Of a DNA stretch of 64,000 nt, positions 1-12,429 are shown piece by piece. The DNA lies in the NCBI GenBank assembly GCA_030295235.1, contig AP026138.1, forward strand, positions 744,001-808,000, in the 5' to 3' direction. Numbering within the stretch: the first letter of the stretch is position 1; every line of letters begins with the position of its first letter. The stretch comes from Fistulifera solaris (taxonomy: Eukaryota). The notes under the pieces were generated by a model. The model worked only from the letters and a program-made list of their open reading frames with translations, had not been told where the DNA came from and ran no database searches. The position numbers and the translations under genes were made by a program.

Positions 1-51
1 TGATAAACTAACCATACAAATATAGCTTTCCAATATTGTCGTTCCCTTTCA

Positions 52-1337
52 TCAATTGATTTTGTTCTTAGTGTTTGATCGCACGTTGCATGTGCTCAAA
101 AGCGCACCCAGCAAATTGACATTGGCCCCGAAGAAGACAACGGACGCGCACCATACAAGCCGATGTACGGCCCATCCCTGCATTTCGAGCAAGTAAGCCG
201 ACAACAACCAGAAGACCACGGAAGTAAGCAAAAGCGCGACTGCTTTGACAACGCGGCGGCTTTGAAAGTCAAAAGAGCACAGTGGCAGCAAGCAAAGATA
301 CCAGGTAAAATACTGAGCGGTGATCACTTTGTTGTGCGCGACAAACAAGAATGTTTGCACAAACAGAGCGAGACTGAGATCCAGCGGTGCTATACCGAGA
401 CTGGTGTAGACGAGCAGAATCAATTGCGGAAGAAGCAATAGGCGTCCCGCCCAAGCCATATTCAAGACTGGGTCACTTCGTGCGAGATAGATCCAGTACC
501 AGTGCATGGAATAGTTATGACGATGATCGACCCGCGAAAAGTGATACAACAGACCTTCTTGCAGCGCACTAGGTCCGTACATCGCCACAGCCAGCATTGT
601 CAGTCCGACAAAGGTAGCGAGAAAAGAAAAAGCGAATATGACTGGCAAGGGTTGCAAGAGTCGCTTTATCCATGTTTTCAACAAATCAAACAACCGCGTG
701 ACTGATGACTGATTTGCTCGTTGGTCGTGAATTGATGTCTCTTCTGTCTTGGCAAACGCACAAATGAAGGATAACGAATATATAATGGGATAGAGCTTGG
801 CATGAACCGCAATTCCGTGACAGATTCCTCCCAGTAAGGCCGCCCAAGTGGATTGGCTGTAGTTGGTCGCAATCCAAACGGTGGTCAATACGGGTAACAA
901 AACAATGAGACTCTCCGCTGAACCTCTCGTGCAGATATTAATGGCCAAAGGATTGTAGAGCCACCAAAAGGCGTCGGTGAGTGACGAAGATTCATCCGCT
1001 TCTCTCCGTTGCTTGCGAAATTGAACAATGAGCCAGCCACAAAGTGTATCCGCGACACAAAACAGATATCGCCCGTAATTCAAATTTGGTAACCATGCGA
1101 GAAGAGCCGCTAAAAGGGCGTATATCGGTAAGTCGCGCGATTAAATGGATTTTGACCCTGTTGTATATAAGCAGCCGCATCCGTAAAGACGTAAAAATCA
1201 ATGTCGGTGTACGCGACACCGGGAATGAAGCGTTCATTGTCGAGAAGCCGCGGAAGAAACCACGCCAAGAACAATCGAAGAATCAGACCTAATAATACGG
1301 CATGTTTTGTAGCGAGAAAGCGTAATCTTGTTATCAT
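52..1337 (-). CDS. PIGM: GPI mannosyltransferase 1 (PIG-M), one apparent homopolymer frameshift near 1112
   Basis: Motifs YTDIDFYVF (DXD), [18 protein letters not shown]-like CTRGSAES, Hx[16 protein letters not shown] and [12 protein letters not shown]. ORFs 1110-1376 and 52-1083 join if the A4 run at ~1112-1115 is A5. Confidence 0.93.
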
Positions 1338-1409
1338 TTTCCTACTTTTCAAAACATTTAATTTGGTTTTGAGCAAATGTGTCGCGAACGCTGCTCAATA
1401 ATAACAACG

Positions 1410-1841
1410 AAGGAACCTAATCCGGGTTCCCCCTCTGTCGATAAATTTCCCTACCAGGGCTACGCGCAATTCGCGTAGACATTCGCAAGAATGCATCTGT
1501 TGTCTTATTCGTGTTTAACGTTCCAATCAATGTCGATTCTTGTACAGGGTCTCTAGGATGCATGTTGAGAAATGTTGCAATAAAGCTTGTCACTGTCGGA
1601 CTCGAATTTAATTGAAATCAAATTCAATCAGTTCTGGTGGCTACCTGCATCGATAAAATTCCTACGGGGCCAACATGAATATATCGTAGATATTTCGAAG
1701 CGTTGTATCTTAGTTCTTTACTATGTTTTGATTTCGAAGCAACTGTGTACATCGTTCCTTTGTGCGAATCATTGATGTTGGCGAAAGGCTTGATGGCATT
1801 GCAGTTTAATTACAGTATACCCAAAAGTGTAATTATCCAAT
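1410..1841. repeat. Degenerate older copies of repeat family A (two ~210-bp units)
   Basis: TCCGGGTTCCCCCTCTGTCGATAAATTTCCCTAC at 1420 and CGATAAAATTCCTACGGGG at 1651 match the head of the 216-bp unit. Confidence 0.75.
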
Positions 1842-4020
1842 ATCCGGGTTGCCCCTCTGTCGCTAAATTTCCCTACGGAGTTCTACGTGCATCCTACGCG
1901 TGGATTTTACAGGCGTCGCATTAATGCTCACTTTGGATGCTTCGTACAAAAGAGCGCTCAATTGTAATTGAATAATGCACATTAGCATTGTTGGAGAGGT
2001 CAGAAATGATGCAACTGCCAAAGCGACTCGAAAACGGATGCATTCACAATTATCCTACGCGTGGATTTTACAGGCGACGCATTAATGCTCACTTTGGATG
2101 CTTTGTACAAAAGAGCGCTCAATTGTAATTGAATAATGCACATTAGCATTGTTGGAGAGTTCAGAAATGATGCAACTGCCAAAACGACTCGAAAACGGAT
2201 GCATTCACAATTACCCATATCCGGGTTGCCCCTCTGTCGCTAAATTTCCCTACGGAGTTCTACGTGGATCCTACGCGTGGACTTTACAGGCGTCGCATTA
2301 ATGCTCGCTTTGGATGCTTTGTACAAAAGAGCGCTCAATTGTAATTGAATAATGCACATTAGCATTGTTGGAGAGTTCAGAAATGATGCAACTGCCAAAG
2401 CGACTCGAAAACGGATGCATTCACAATTACCCATATCCGGGTTGCCCCTCTGTCGCTAAATTTCCCTACGGAGTTCTACGTGGATCCTACGCGTGGACTT
2501 TACAGGCGACGCATTAATGCTCGCTTTGGATGCTTTGTACAAAAGAGCGCTCAATTGTAATTGAATAATGCACGTTAGCATTGTTGGAGAGTTCAGAAAT
2601 GATGCAACTACCAAAACGACTCGAAAACGGATGCATTCACAATTACCCATATCCGGGTTGCCCCTCTGTCGCTAAATTTCCCTACGGAGTTCTACGTGGA
2701 TCCTACGCGTGGACTTTACAGGCGTCGCATTAATGCTCACTTTGGATGCTTCGTACAAAAGAGCGCTCAATTGTAATTGCATAATGCGCATCAGCATTGT
2801 TGGAGAGTTCAGAAATGATGCAACTGCCAAAGCGACTCGAAAACGGATGCATTCACAATTACCCATATCCGGGTTGCCCCTCTGTCGCTAAATTTCCCTA
2901 CGGAGTTCTACGTGGATCCTACGCGTGGACTTTACAGGCGTCGCATTAATGCTCACTTTGGATGCTTCGTACAAAAGAGCGCTCAATTGTAATTGAATAA
3001 TGCGCATCAGCATTGTTGGAGAGTTCAGAAATGATGCAACTACCAAAACGACTCGAAAACGGATGCATTCACAATTACCCATATCCGGGTTGCCCCTCTG
3101 TCGCTAAATTTCCTACGGAGTTCTACGTGGATCCTACGCGTGGACTTTACAGGCGACGCATTAATGCTCGCTTTGGATGCTTTGTACAAAAGAGCGCTCA
3201 ATTGTAATTGAATAATGCACGTTAGCATTGTTGGAGAGTTCAGAAATGATGCAACTACCAAAACGACTCGAAAACGGATGCATTCACAATTACCCATATC
3301 CGGGTTGCCCCTCTGTCGCTAAATTTCCTACGGAGTTCTACGTGGATCCTACGCGTGGACTTTACAGGCGACGCATTAATGCTCGCTTTGGATGCTTTGT
3401 ACAAAAGAGCGCTCAATTGTAATTGAATAATGCACATTAGCATTGTTGGAGAGTTCAGAAATGATGCAACTACCAAAACGACTCGAAAACGGATGCATTC
3501 ACAATTACCCATATCCGGGTTGCCCCTCTGTCGCTAAATTTCCCTACGGAGTTCTACGTGGATCCTACGCGTGGACTTTACAGGCGACGCATTAATGCTC
3601 GCTTTGGATGCTTTGTACAAAAGAGCGCTCAATTGTAATTGAATAATGCACGTTAGCATTGTTGGAGAGTTCAGAAATGATGCAACTACCAAAACGACTC
3701 GAAAACGGATGCATTCACAATTACCCATATCCGGGTTGCCCCTCTGTCGCTAAATTTCCCTACGGAGTTCTACGTGGATCCTACGCGTGGACTTTACAGG
3801 CGACGCATTAATGCTCGCTTTGGATGCTTTGTACAAAAGAGCGCTCAATTGTAATTGAATAATGCACATTAGCATTGTTGGAGAGGTCAGAAATGATGCA
3901 ACTGCCAAAACGACTCGAAAACGGATGCATTCACAATTACCCATATCCGGGTTGCCCCTCTGTCGCTAAATTTCCTACGGAGTTCTACGTGGATTGTACG
4001 CGTGGACATTCCAAGCGTTA
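1842..4020. repeat. Family A tandem array, 216-bp unit, ~10 near-identical copies
   Basis: Unit ATCCGGGTTGCCCCTCTGTCGCTAAATTTCCCTACGG... starts at 1842, 2219, 2435, 2651, 2867, 3083, 3298, 3513, 3729 and 3945. The second copy has a ~55-bp deletion at ~2052. Confidence 0.98.
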
Positions 4021-4397
4021 TTTCTGTTGTTGAATGTTCATGTTTGGCGTTCCAATTGATGTCGATTACAATTAACTTATACGAATAAGCTATCTTGGGG
4101 AAAGTTAGACTAGTGTGCCATTTTATTTATTATAAAAATTGGGACCCAGAATGGGTGAACGGATTAACTTCGAAGGAGGTTACGTGCACTGATTGAATAA
4201 GGTTAGGGATGCTCTATCTTGCTCGCCGTTTCACGCGTTTATCTTCGCGGGCACCGTTTTTCGTGCGAAGAAGAAGAAGAAGAAGCGTTACGTTTCTTAT
4301 AGTCTATGGAGTGAATGATTTATTTGTTGATATATGTTCGTATCTTTGTTTGTCAAAGTACCATTTCTTGATCAACTACAAAAGGAACAAAAGCACC

Positions 4398-6298
4398 ATG
4401 AGTAGTGAGCAGCAACGCACGGTGAGAAACAAAACAGAGGAGAAGCGAAGACCGGACGAGTCCTCGTCGATGGCTTCGACAACGGCACTACCCACCGATC
4501 CTCTAGTCACGGAACTTCCCAATCGAACCAAGACATTCTCTACCGACACGGCGGATGGACTTGAAGCTTTGCACGAATTCGGCGGCGAATCATCCAATTT
4601 GGTGCTCCGCAGTGCGAGTCAACCGACCCCGTCGGTCACGCCGCAACGCAAGGAAGTGTTGTTACTCGAAGCACGGCGCGATCGATTGCAGTGGATTCAA
4701 GAGGCACCTTTGCCTTATCGAAAAGAAAGAAATCAACAGGATCCGTGGGAGAAGAATGACGCGCTTTATTTGCTAAAACAGTGTCATGCGGTTTCACAGG
4801 TGCCGACGGTGATTGCCGCGTTGGAGCAATTGTACAACATTTCGAACGGAGGAGAATCCGTGGTATCGATTGCACAGCGCATTCAAGCATCGTTAAAGGA
4901 AGAGGATCAAGCGTTGGCGCTTCCTTCTGGTTTTGAACTGTTGGCACAAGAATTGGTGGCGAGAGAGGATGACGCGGTCGTCATGGCCTATCACAACTTT
5001 TTAACGCACTTGCAAGATCCGTCGTGTGCCATGCTCGTACAAGGGATACGAAGATTTTGTCGAACTATTCAAGATGCTAAGGATAGTGCGTCGTTGGCGA
5101 AACAATTGACGTTTTTGTGGATACAACATACACTTCCATTCAATCACATATTGCCTGGAAAGGCGAAGATTTAGAACAAAGTCAAGTGCGACGGTCTCTG
5201 GAGTCGTGTATCTATGCGCATTGCTTTCCGCACACAGAATCGATCATGTGGAATGCAGAAGCACAGAAAGCAGACGATCTGTTTCTAACGAAACTGGAGT
5301 CGTTGCAGTTCATTACGCCGAAACATTTGGAAATCGCTTGTTTAGAAGATATGGCCAGTGCTACCTCTCACTTGGCGGATTTCTTGAGAGGGCCGGTCGC
5401 GGCACTCCGAACCATTGACTTGTATTACTCTCCATACGAAAAACTAGACCGTGTTTTGTCTATCTATCGAGGTGTCAACGCCGCTTTGTCGCAAGCTTTG
5501 AATTATCACAAAACCAGTCAAGATGGAAGCGCGCCGCTGAAGTTGCCAAGCGCCGATGATGTCCTGCCGACCATGATCCTTGCCATACTTCAAGCCAAAC
5601 CGAAACGATTGCTTTTCAATTTGACGATCATGGAGGAATGGAGCCTGGCCGAATACATTCGAGGAGAAGCTGGATATGCGTACACAAATTTATACGGAGC
5701 AGTGCAATTTTTAAAAGATATTGATTTAGAGAAAGAACCCAATAGTCTTCACATTGGTTCGGACGAACTCAGAAAGGGTATCGAGTCGTGTCGAGAAGCG
5801 GCGAAGCAGAAACTGGAGGTGAAAGATGCAGTTCCTGTTGTTCCTGTTTCCTCCATTAGTCCACCAGTCCCCCCTCGCCTCACTCCAAATGAGATTCGTA
5901 AAGCTCGACGAAATGGCGAAACGATCGATCTGGAGTGGGCTCTGCAGTTCATTGAACAGCGAAATTCTAATGCCGCTGTCCGCTCCTCGACCGGATCCAA
6001 ATCTCGATCAGCCTTCGACGAAGCGACAGAGGGATTGCCTTCCAACTTCAGTCGCAAGTACTCTTTCTTGACAGCGTGTCCCGATGGTATCAAGGTATCT
6101 GACATTTCCGTGCTCTTGGAAGAGTACCGCGTCCTGGTGCAGACTGTGGAGCGGTTGATTGGTGCAAGAGCGGCGAGTATTAAGGCAGCTAGAAAAGCTA
6201 CTGCAGTGGCCGCAGAGATGGACTTGATCGCTAGGGTGAGGGAAGTGGACCCAACCTTACTTCCAGATGCACAGAAGCAACGCAGCGAATCTTTTTGA
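4398..6298 (+). CDS. VPS9-domain protein (Rab5-family GEF), frameshift near 5112
   Basis: VPS9 signature SPYEKL...SADDVLP...GEAGYAYTNLYGAVQFL. ORFs 4209-5174 and 5117-6298 overlap at a T run. Likely ATG is 4398 (MSSEQ). Confidence 0.85.
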
Positions 6299-6999
6299 GG
6301 CAAAATGTGCTGAAATGTCTCGTTGTGGTATTCGCGAATCTACCAGTAAAGTGAAGTCGTCATTGATCTGAGCGAAGGGCACATCGATTTTACCGGCAGG
6401 TTAGTCACCATTCAATCAAGGCTGTTTATACCTGAACTTCAGACGAGCAAGTCGTTCGTATAAATCGTGAGCAGCGAACTTCGACGATCACAGTCAACGC
6501 GATAGCTATCAGGTTGTCTCAGCTCTTCGCTTACTTCCCAACAATCTGCTACGCATACATAATCTCGCTTAACTCAAACTGGCGTTTATGCTACGACGGT
6601 TATCCCGCGATATTCCATGTGCTGGGTGGCACCACCTCATGCGAAGCGCTTTCGGACTCTACGAGCGTTGGCTTGCGGTACAACTCCGCGCCATGTTTGA
6701 TCGTATCGTTCTTCTTGTTTATGACAGGGAACGATGAACCGATATTCGGCCTGCGAACATACCTGCGACTTCTGCCTTACCCTGGTAACATTTGTTTCAA
6801 GAAGTGCGAAGTTCGAGCACCCTTCTAACAGTTGAGTTCGGATGCACGTTCAGCTCTGTTGAATTCACGATCATTTTTCGCAAACAGAAGGAATAAGAAA
6901 AGATCATATCACGATTAATAAAAATGTCAAACAACACCAGGTGGTGTTGTGAAGACATTGATATCGGCATCGGACCGCAAATCGTAGTTCTGTCATCTA

Positions 7000-7735
7000 T
7001 TCCGTATCAGTATCAAGTATCACCTATCACCATAGTCTGGAGCCTCTTGAGAGTCTAGTGTCTCTAGTCTCTAGTTTATTGCTCCAGGCAAAAATGACTT
7101 TGTTTGTGGGCCCAATGCTGCCGGCTGTCGTCACTCGTCACAAAGTCACAAGCCACAAGCCACAATTATCACAGATCAACAATGACTCTAAATGTGAATT
7201 GCCAATGTTCAGCGTTCAGCGTCCAGCTACAGCTCGCAGCTCAACTCTCACCTCACATTCTTTATAGTAGAGAAGGGTAGGGTTCATGATTAATGATTAC
7301 AGCAAATAATGTGATTAAAGCGCGAATTTCCAAGACGCCCAACGGGATTATTCTTGATCTTGATCATACTTCTTCATGTCTGAACATTAACGCACTTGGT
7401 GAGCAGTGAGCACAATCGCTGATCCAATGATTGAGAAGTGACCAAGTGACTCACCGCTCTCCACAAGTAGTAGGTCTTTAGTCTTTAGTCTCTACTAAGG
7501 ACGTAATTTTATAGTTTATAGTTTATACGTCCTTAGTCTCTACTTGTACCAGGTACTGGTGACTGGTGATTGGCGATCTCCGATCTTTAGCTTTTAGCCT
7601 CTCAGCCTTAGCCCTTGGCCCTTGGCCCTTGTTGCCGGTCATTCGTCATTCACTCCTCACTCTTCACTCCAGACTCCAAACGTCCAAACCTGACTCCGCC
7701 TTTACCTGGTAGGCTCCAGGCTCCAGGCTCACTGG
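7000..7735. repeat. Tract of many different short tandem duplications with ~7-bp period
   Basis: Examples: GTCTCTA x2, AAGCCAC x2, GTTCAGC x2, ATGATTA x2, GTGAGCA x2, GTCTTTA x2, TTTATAG x3, ACTGGTG x2, GCCCTTG x3, GGCTCCA x2. Confidence 0.8.
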
Positions 7736-8150
7736 TAAAATTCAAAATGTCCCTTGTTTTAAAAGAAGTATCTACAGTGTTGCAGCATTGCATTCTTATT
7801 GCATCATTCATAATGTACATATGATTATTCTCAGATCCCGAACTTAACATTTTGCCCTTTGCCCGGACATCAGACCCATCCCACTCGACACTCGACATCC
7901 AACATCTGCACTCTGCACCAAAAGTCGATGATGCTCGCCGCAGTCTGCCGCTTATTACGAAAACAGTAGCGCAGATTGAGATACCAGCAATCGCAGTCGA
8001 CCGGAACTTTAGACATTATAGGGTCGCGCGGTCACAAAACACGATACATTTCCGATCTCGAGCCTCAACGCCCAAAGCACCATCCGACAGGCATAAACGC
8101 TCACAAAACTACTCCACGTTGGGTTATTCTCCAACAAGCAAGTCAAAACG

Positions 8151-8726
8151 ATGGCGAACAGTCCAGAAGTGCTCAGCTCAACCTCATTAATGAGAGTGAT
8201 TGCATGTTGGGAGCAATCCAAGCGCCGAGGAGGATTTGATGAGACAATTGGCATTGACATAATGGTTGCCCTCTTCGAATCGAATCCTCAAGCCAAATCA
8301 CAATTTGGGTTCCGAATTGACAAAGTCATTAATAAGAATAATGGTTTGCAGCGAATGGGAATCCTGATTCATGGTCAGCGCTTCATTCAAACTCTGGATT
8401 GTCTCTTCTCCTTGTTGGGACCGGACGACGATAATTTGGAAGAAGTTTTGAGTGACTTCAACAAGGAAAGCTGCCAGGACGGGATGCCGCTCCACCAATT
8501 TCTGTTACTGCTCGGCATCTTAGCAAAAGTGATGGCGGATACGTTGGGTGGAGATTGGACGGATGAACTACAGTCGTGTTGGATGGAGGTGATAACGCAT
8601 TTGGAAGTCATCGTGACCAACATTGTGGCAAAGTCGGCGGTTCCGAAGACTCCGGCGGCGAAGCCTCCTCTCAAATCTGTTTTACCGACAGCACTTGAAG
8701 CCAACCGAAGGTTCATTGATGTATAA
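8151..8726 (+). CDS. Globin-like protein (single domain)
   Basis: Globin pattern: A-helix W, LFESNP-AK-F (CD1 Phe), E-helix HGQRFIQTLD, LGPD and H-helix WTDELQSCW. Confidence 0.8.
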   Translation: MANSPEVLSSTSLMRVIACWEQSKRRGGFDETIGIDIMVALFESNPQAKSQFGFRIDKVINKNNGLQRMGILIHGQRFIQTLDCLFSLLGPDDDNLEEVLSDFNKESCQDGMPLHQFLLLLGILAKVMADTLGGDWTDELQSCWMEVITHLEVIVTNIVAKSAVPKTPAAKPPLKSVLPTALEANRRFIDV

Positions 8727-8978
8727 GAACGCTTTACTTGAGCTAGGAATATAGTGTTTTACCAGTACTTTGTCTTGGTGCTTTTTCTGTAAATCCGACG
8801 AGACGAGTCACTCATGACTCGTGACTCGTGATTACGATATGGCTGCGCTGAAAGCGGAAATGCGGAATAAATAATGCGAGCTGCGAAAGATATACGCATT
8901 TTTTCGCATTGTTGCTTGAAGGACCTATTCCGAAACGATCGCCATTATTCCGAAAACAAATTGAAGATATATTATCAT

Positions 8979-9789
8979 ATGTTACGTTTAGTTGTTGTTC
9001 TGGTTCTTCTTGAGACGTTGTGCGTCAAGGGGACGGCCTTTGTTACAAACGGCAAATCATCACCCCGTCGTCTTCCGTTCTCCTCAAATCTTCGCATGTC
9101 GGACGTATCTCTCGATCCTGCCGAGACGGCGATCGTCTTTATTGAATATCAAAATGAATTCACAACTCCCGGTGGGAAATTGCACGACGCTGTCAAAGAT
9201 TGCATGGAGAAAACGAATATGCTTTCCAATTCGGCGCGGTTGGCGGTCTCCGCTCGAGCGGCGGGCTGCACCATTATTCATTGCCCCATCAATTTTGAAC
9301 CCGTAAGTGACGAAGTGAATCATTGTTGTGCGCTTTCTTGTAATCTATGATCTCATGACTTCTCAGGGACACAACGAAATTAGTAAAAAACCGTACGGCA
9401 TTTTGGCAGGAGTCAAGGAAGGCGCTGCTTTCACAGCGGGCGAATGGGGCGCCGAAATCTGTGATGCCATGAAGCCTGTACCGGGAGATCTGGTTGTCAA
9501 GGGGAAATCGGGTTTGTGTGGCTTCCAGTCGACTAATTTGGAATTTTTGTTAGGACAGACGGGGGCAAAGAATGTTGTGTTGGGTGGCTTTCTCACCAAT
9601 TGTTGTGTCGAGTCGACAATGCGATCCGCTTACGAAAGAGGCTTTAAAGTGTATACTTTGAAAGATTGTGTCGCCGCTACTTCTATGGAAGCTCAAGAAG
9701 CTACTTTAGCTTACAACTTTGGAATGTTTTCGATTGTGACCACAAGTGATGCTATCGTTGAATCGCTCTCGTCCACCGTGGTAGCTTAA
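8979..9789 (+). CDS. Isochorismatase-family cysteine hydrolase with predicted plastid presequence, intron ~9303-9366
   Basis: IEYQNEF, VKGKSG, GGFLTNCCVESTMRSAYERG. GTAAGT...CAG intron. Hydrophobic N-terminus followed by TA|F. Confidence 0.88.
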
Positions 9790-9896
9790 CCTACAAGCTT
9801 TTGAATATTTAGAAAAATAACCTCCTACTCATCGCTTTAGTAATATAACAACTAGTTTTTCTATGAAGTAATTTATATGCAATTTTCAAAGTGGTT

Positions 9897-11525
9897 TTAT
9901 TCTTCCGCCACGAGATCCCAAGCATCGGGGTGAAAGCCAGCGTACACGGTCACGAGTGCTTCGTTGAATTGAGCTTGATAAGTGAGCAAAGGTAAATCAT
10001 TGGGGGTGTTGATGAAAGGGTTCTCCAATTCAAGTGCAACTTCATGCAATCCCATAAAACATAAAGTAGTGGCAAAATTTAGTAAACAAGACATCCAGAC
10101 TCGTTTCACAAAAGTCGCAAACAAAAGTGGGAACGTTAATAGAATCGCCAAAGAAAAGAATGCGACCATTTGATCGTGAGGAAACGGGAATGGTACGTAA
10201 GCAATTTTTCTGGCGTTGTTGTAACCAACGACGCCGTCGCTGATAAATTGATAAATGCGACTCAGATGCGGAGATGCCACATTGCCTGTGCTACCATTCA
10301 GATATTCGCGACTTACAAACTCTTGCAACCAAAGCGTGCACAAAGACATTTTCGCATACGGCCCCTTCGCCCGGTGCAATAATTCGACTTCCGCATCACT
10401 CACGCCACCCAAAATGGAAAAGGGCCGTGCTGCATTGTACAACGTTCGATAGTCCTCCGAGCGATCTAAGCTAAGAACAAAGTCAATCACTTGACCAAAG
10501 TAGGACCCGCCATTGTATTGTGCACGCATTTCATCGGAGTCGGCGTCGGGGTCTAATTTGGGCCACGGTCTGTGTATTTACAAAAGTACATATGCGTATG
10601 AGCGAAAGACAGAAAAAATTGTCACCAATTGCCTCGCATCAACTTACTTTCCGGGGAAGTACTCCACCAGCGGGATCTCCGCGCAGTCCAAATCATTCCT
10701 CAAGGTCGACATGGCCACGCCAGATAGCAAACTAAACAGATGCGCCAGTTCCTGGAGAAAAAGACTCGGTACCGGCATGTGCGACGCTTTTGCTTCCAAC
10801 AAATGTCGATCCGGTCGGCTTTGTTTGAGGAGCGATGGTCGTGCTTCGTTCTTATTGCTCGTCGGTGCAAACTGTTCTTGAAAGCGAATAGGTACGGGTA
10901 TACGACTGGAGAGTGTACTGGAATCGAGGTTCTGGCTATCAATACGCTTCGGGGTATGTCGAATCGAAATTCGTTTTTCTACTTCGGTCGCCAGTGACTG
11001 CTGTTTGGTCGACGACCACCATTTCCGGGTCTGTTTACGATTTCTCTCTTCCTGTTCCTGCATGATTAGTTCAACCAATTGGGTAGTCTCTAACATGCTT
11101 GGCGTTTGAAAGTGTCGTATCTTTTTCTTTTTCTTGTTGTTGAGATTCTCCAGTCGTATTTGAGCAGCTCTACCAAATGACATTGGTCGAATGTCGTCGT
11201 ATGCGGTCGATTGCAGATGGAAAGAAGCAAGATGAGTCGCAGCATCCAGCCATTTGCTCAGCATGCCGTGTATCGCGCTCGCTCCCTCCCAATATCGCTG
11301 ATACGCATAATTGAGTCGAAAGGTCAATAGCAGCGAAAAGAAGATGACAAAAACAGCAATCGTATCCGCATGTCGCGCAATGGGTGAATCATTTTTGCGA
11401 AACTTGTTGAAGAATCCTGTACAGATAGTACTGAGCAAAGATGGGAGAAAAGCTTTGTAAAGCGCGGAGCCATGTGTGCGCCGCAACAGCATCAATCCGA
11501 ACGTTCCGGATTCGTAGTTGATCAT
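9897..11525 (-). CDS. Bestrophin-like (UPF0187-type) anion channel, paralog 1, intron 10570-10647
   Basis: LLLTFRLNYAYQRYWEG, RKIAYVPFPFPHDQ, GLHEVALELENPF, NDLPL. An in-frame 78-nt GT-AG intron joins ORFs 10644-11603 and 9897-10529. Confidence 0.88.
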
Positions 11526-11834
11526 TTTTATTTCAAGAGCGCGATCTGAGACTTCCGTGAGGTGTATTCCCAGAAATGCTTGTAACAGTGTTTGATAGAG
11601 CAATCACGACGCTCATGTATCAAACTCCCTTTCTAAGTTCGTTAACATCATTGTTCTATTGTCTATTGTTGTGTTTTGACGCAATGCGAAAGCATCGATG
11701 ATGACGTCATGCCACCAGAAATAATGCTTCCGTCCCTTTCTACGGGACTGCAGTTGTAGTTTAGTCGTTAGCGACAAGTCACAAGGTCACCCTACATTCT
11801 ACTCCACAGTAGATAATAATGTAGCTAGACTACG

Positions 11835-12400
11835 AAAGTCGATCACACCAATAATATTCCCGGTTTGCCATCATGGTCATTGAAAGTTCCACCAACAAAA
11901 CTAATTGGTATGCAGTGTTTATAATCGACATCGAATCGAATTTAAAACGTAAATAGAATACGAGATGCAACGCTTCGAATGCTTACGTTAACTCACGTAG
12001 GTCTGGTGGGGAAATTTATCGACAGAGGGGTACCCGGAGTTCGTGTATTTTCGACCTTGTCAATTATCGGCTTTATCTTGCACCAATGTCATCAGAACAC
12101 TCACCAACATCAAAAGAACTTTATGAGTGAAGACAGGCGTCATCAATGGACAATAGAAACGTAGTTTTGATGAAAGCTTCAACGCTTTGAATGTCTACGT
12201 CGTTTCGTGTAGCCACCGTGGGAATTTTATCGATGTAGGTGGTAATCTAATAGTGTCAAATTCGATCACACCGAAAATTGGCCTATTCGCCATGAATGAC
12301 ATTGAAACTTTTACCAAGATATCGGTATCAATCGACTATAATCTACATCAATGCGAACTCCAATCGAAGAACAACGCTTCGAAGGTTTTATTATAATAAT
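11835..12400. repeat. Degenerate family A copies in reverse orientation (~205-bp spacing)
   Basis: GATGCAACGCTTCGAATG...GGGAAATTTATCGACAGAGGGGTACCCGGA at ~11964-12037, a second copy at ~12180-12240 and a partial AACGCTTCGAA at ~12374. Confidence 0.75.
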
Positions 12401-12429
12401 TTCCAGGGCTCGAAAAAATAATGTGCACG

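Noticed and set aside
2000..3944. Repeated 64-85 aa ORFs (MGNCECIRFR...) as a tandem peptide gene family
   Set aside because: They are by-products of the 216-bp repeat. One-base length variants shift the frame, and no domain or coding signature is recognisable.
6300..7000. Possible gene between VPS9 and the globin (ORF 6514-6828)
   Set aside because: Non-ATG start and no recognisable motif. I could not build a convincing spliced model on either strand.
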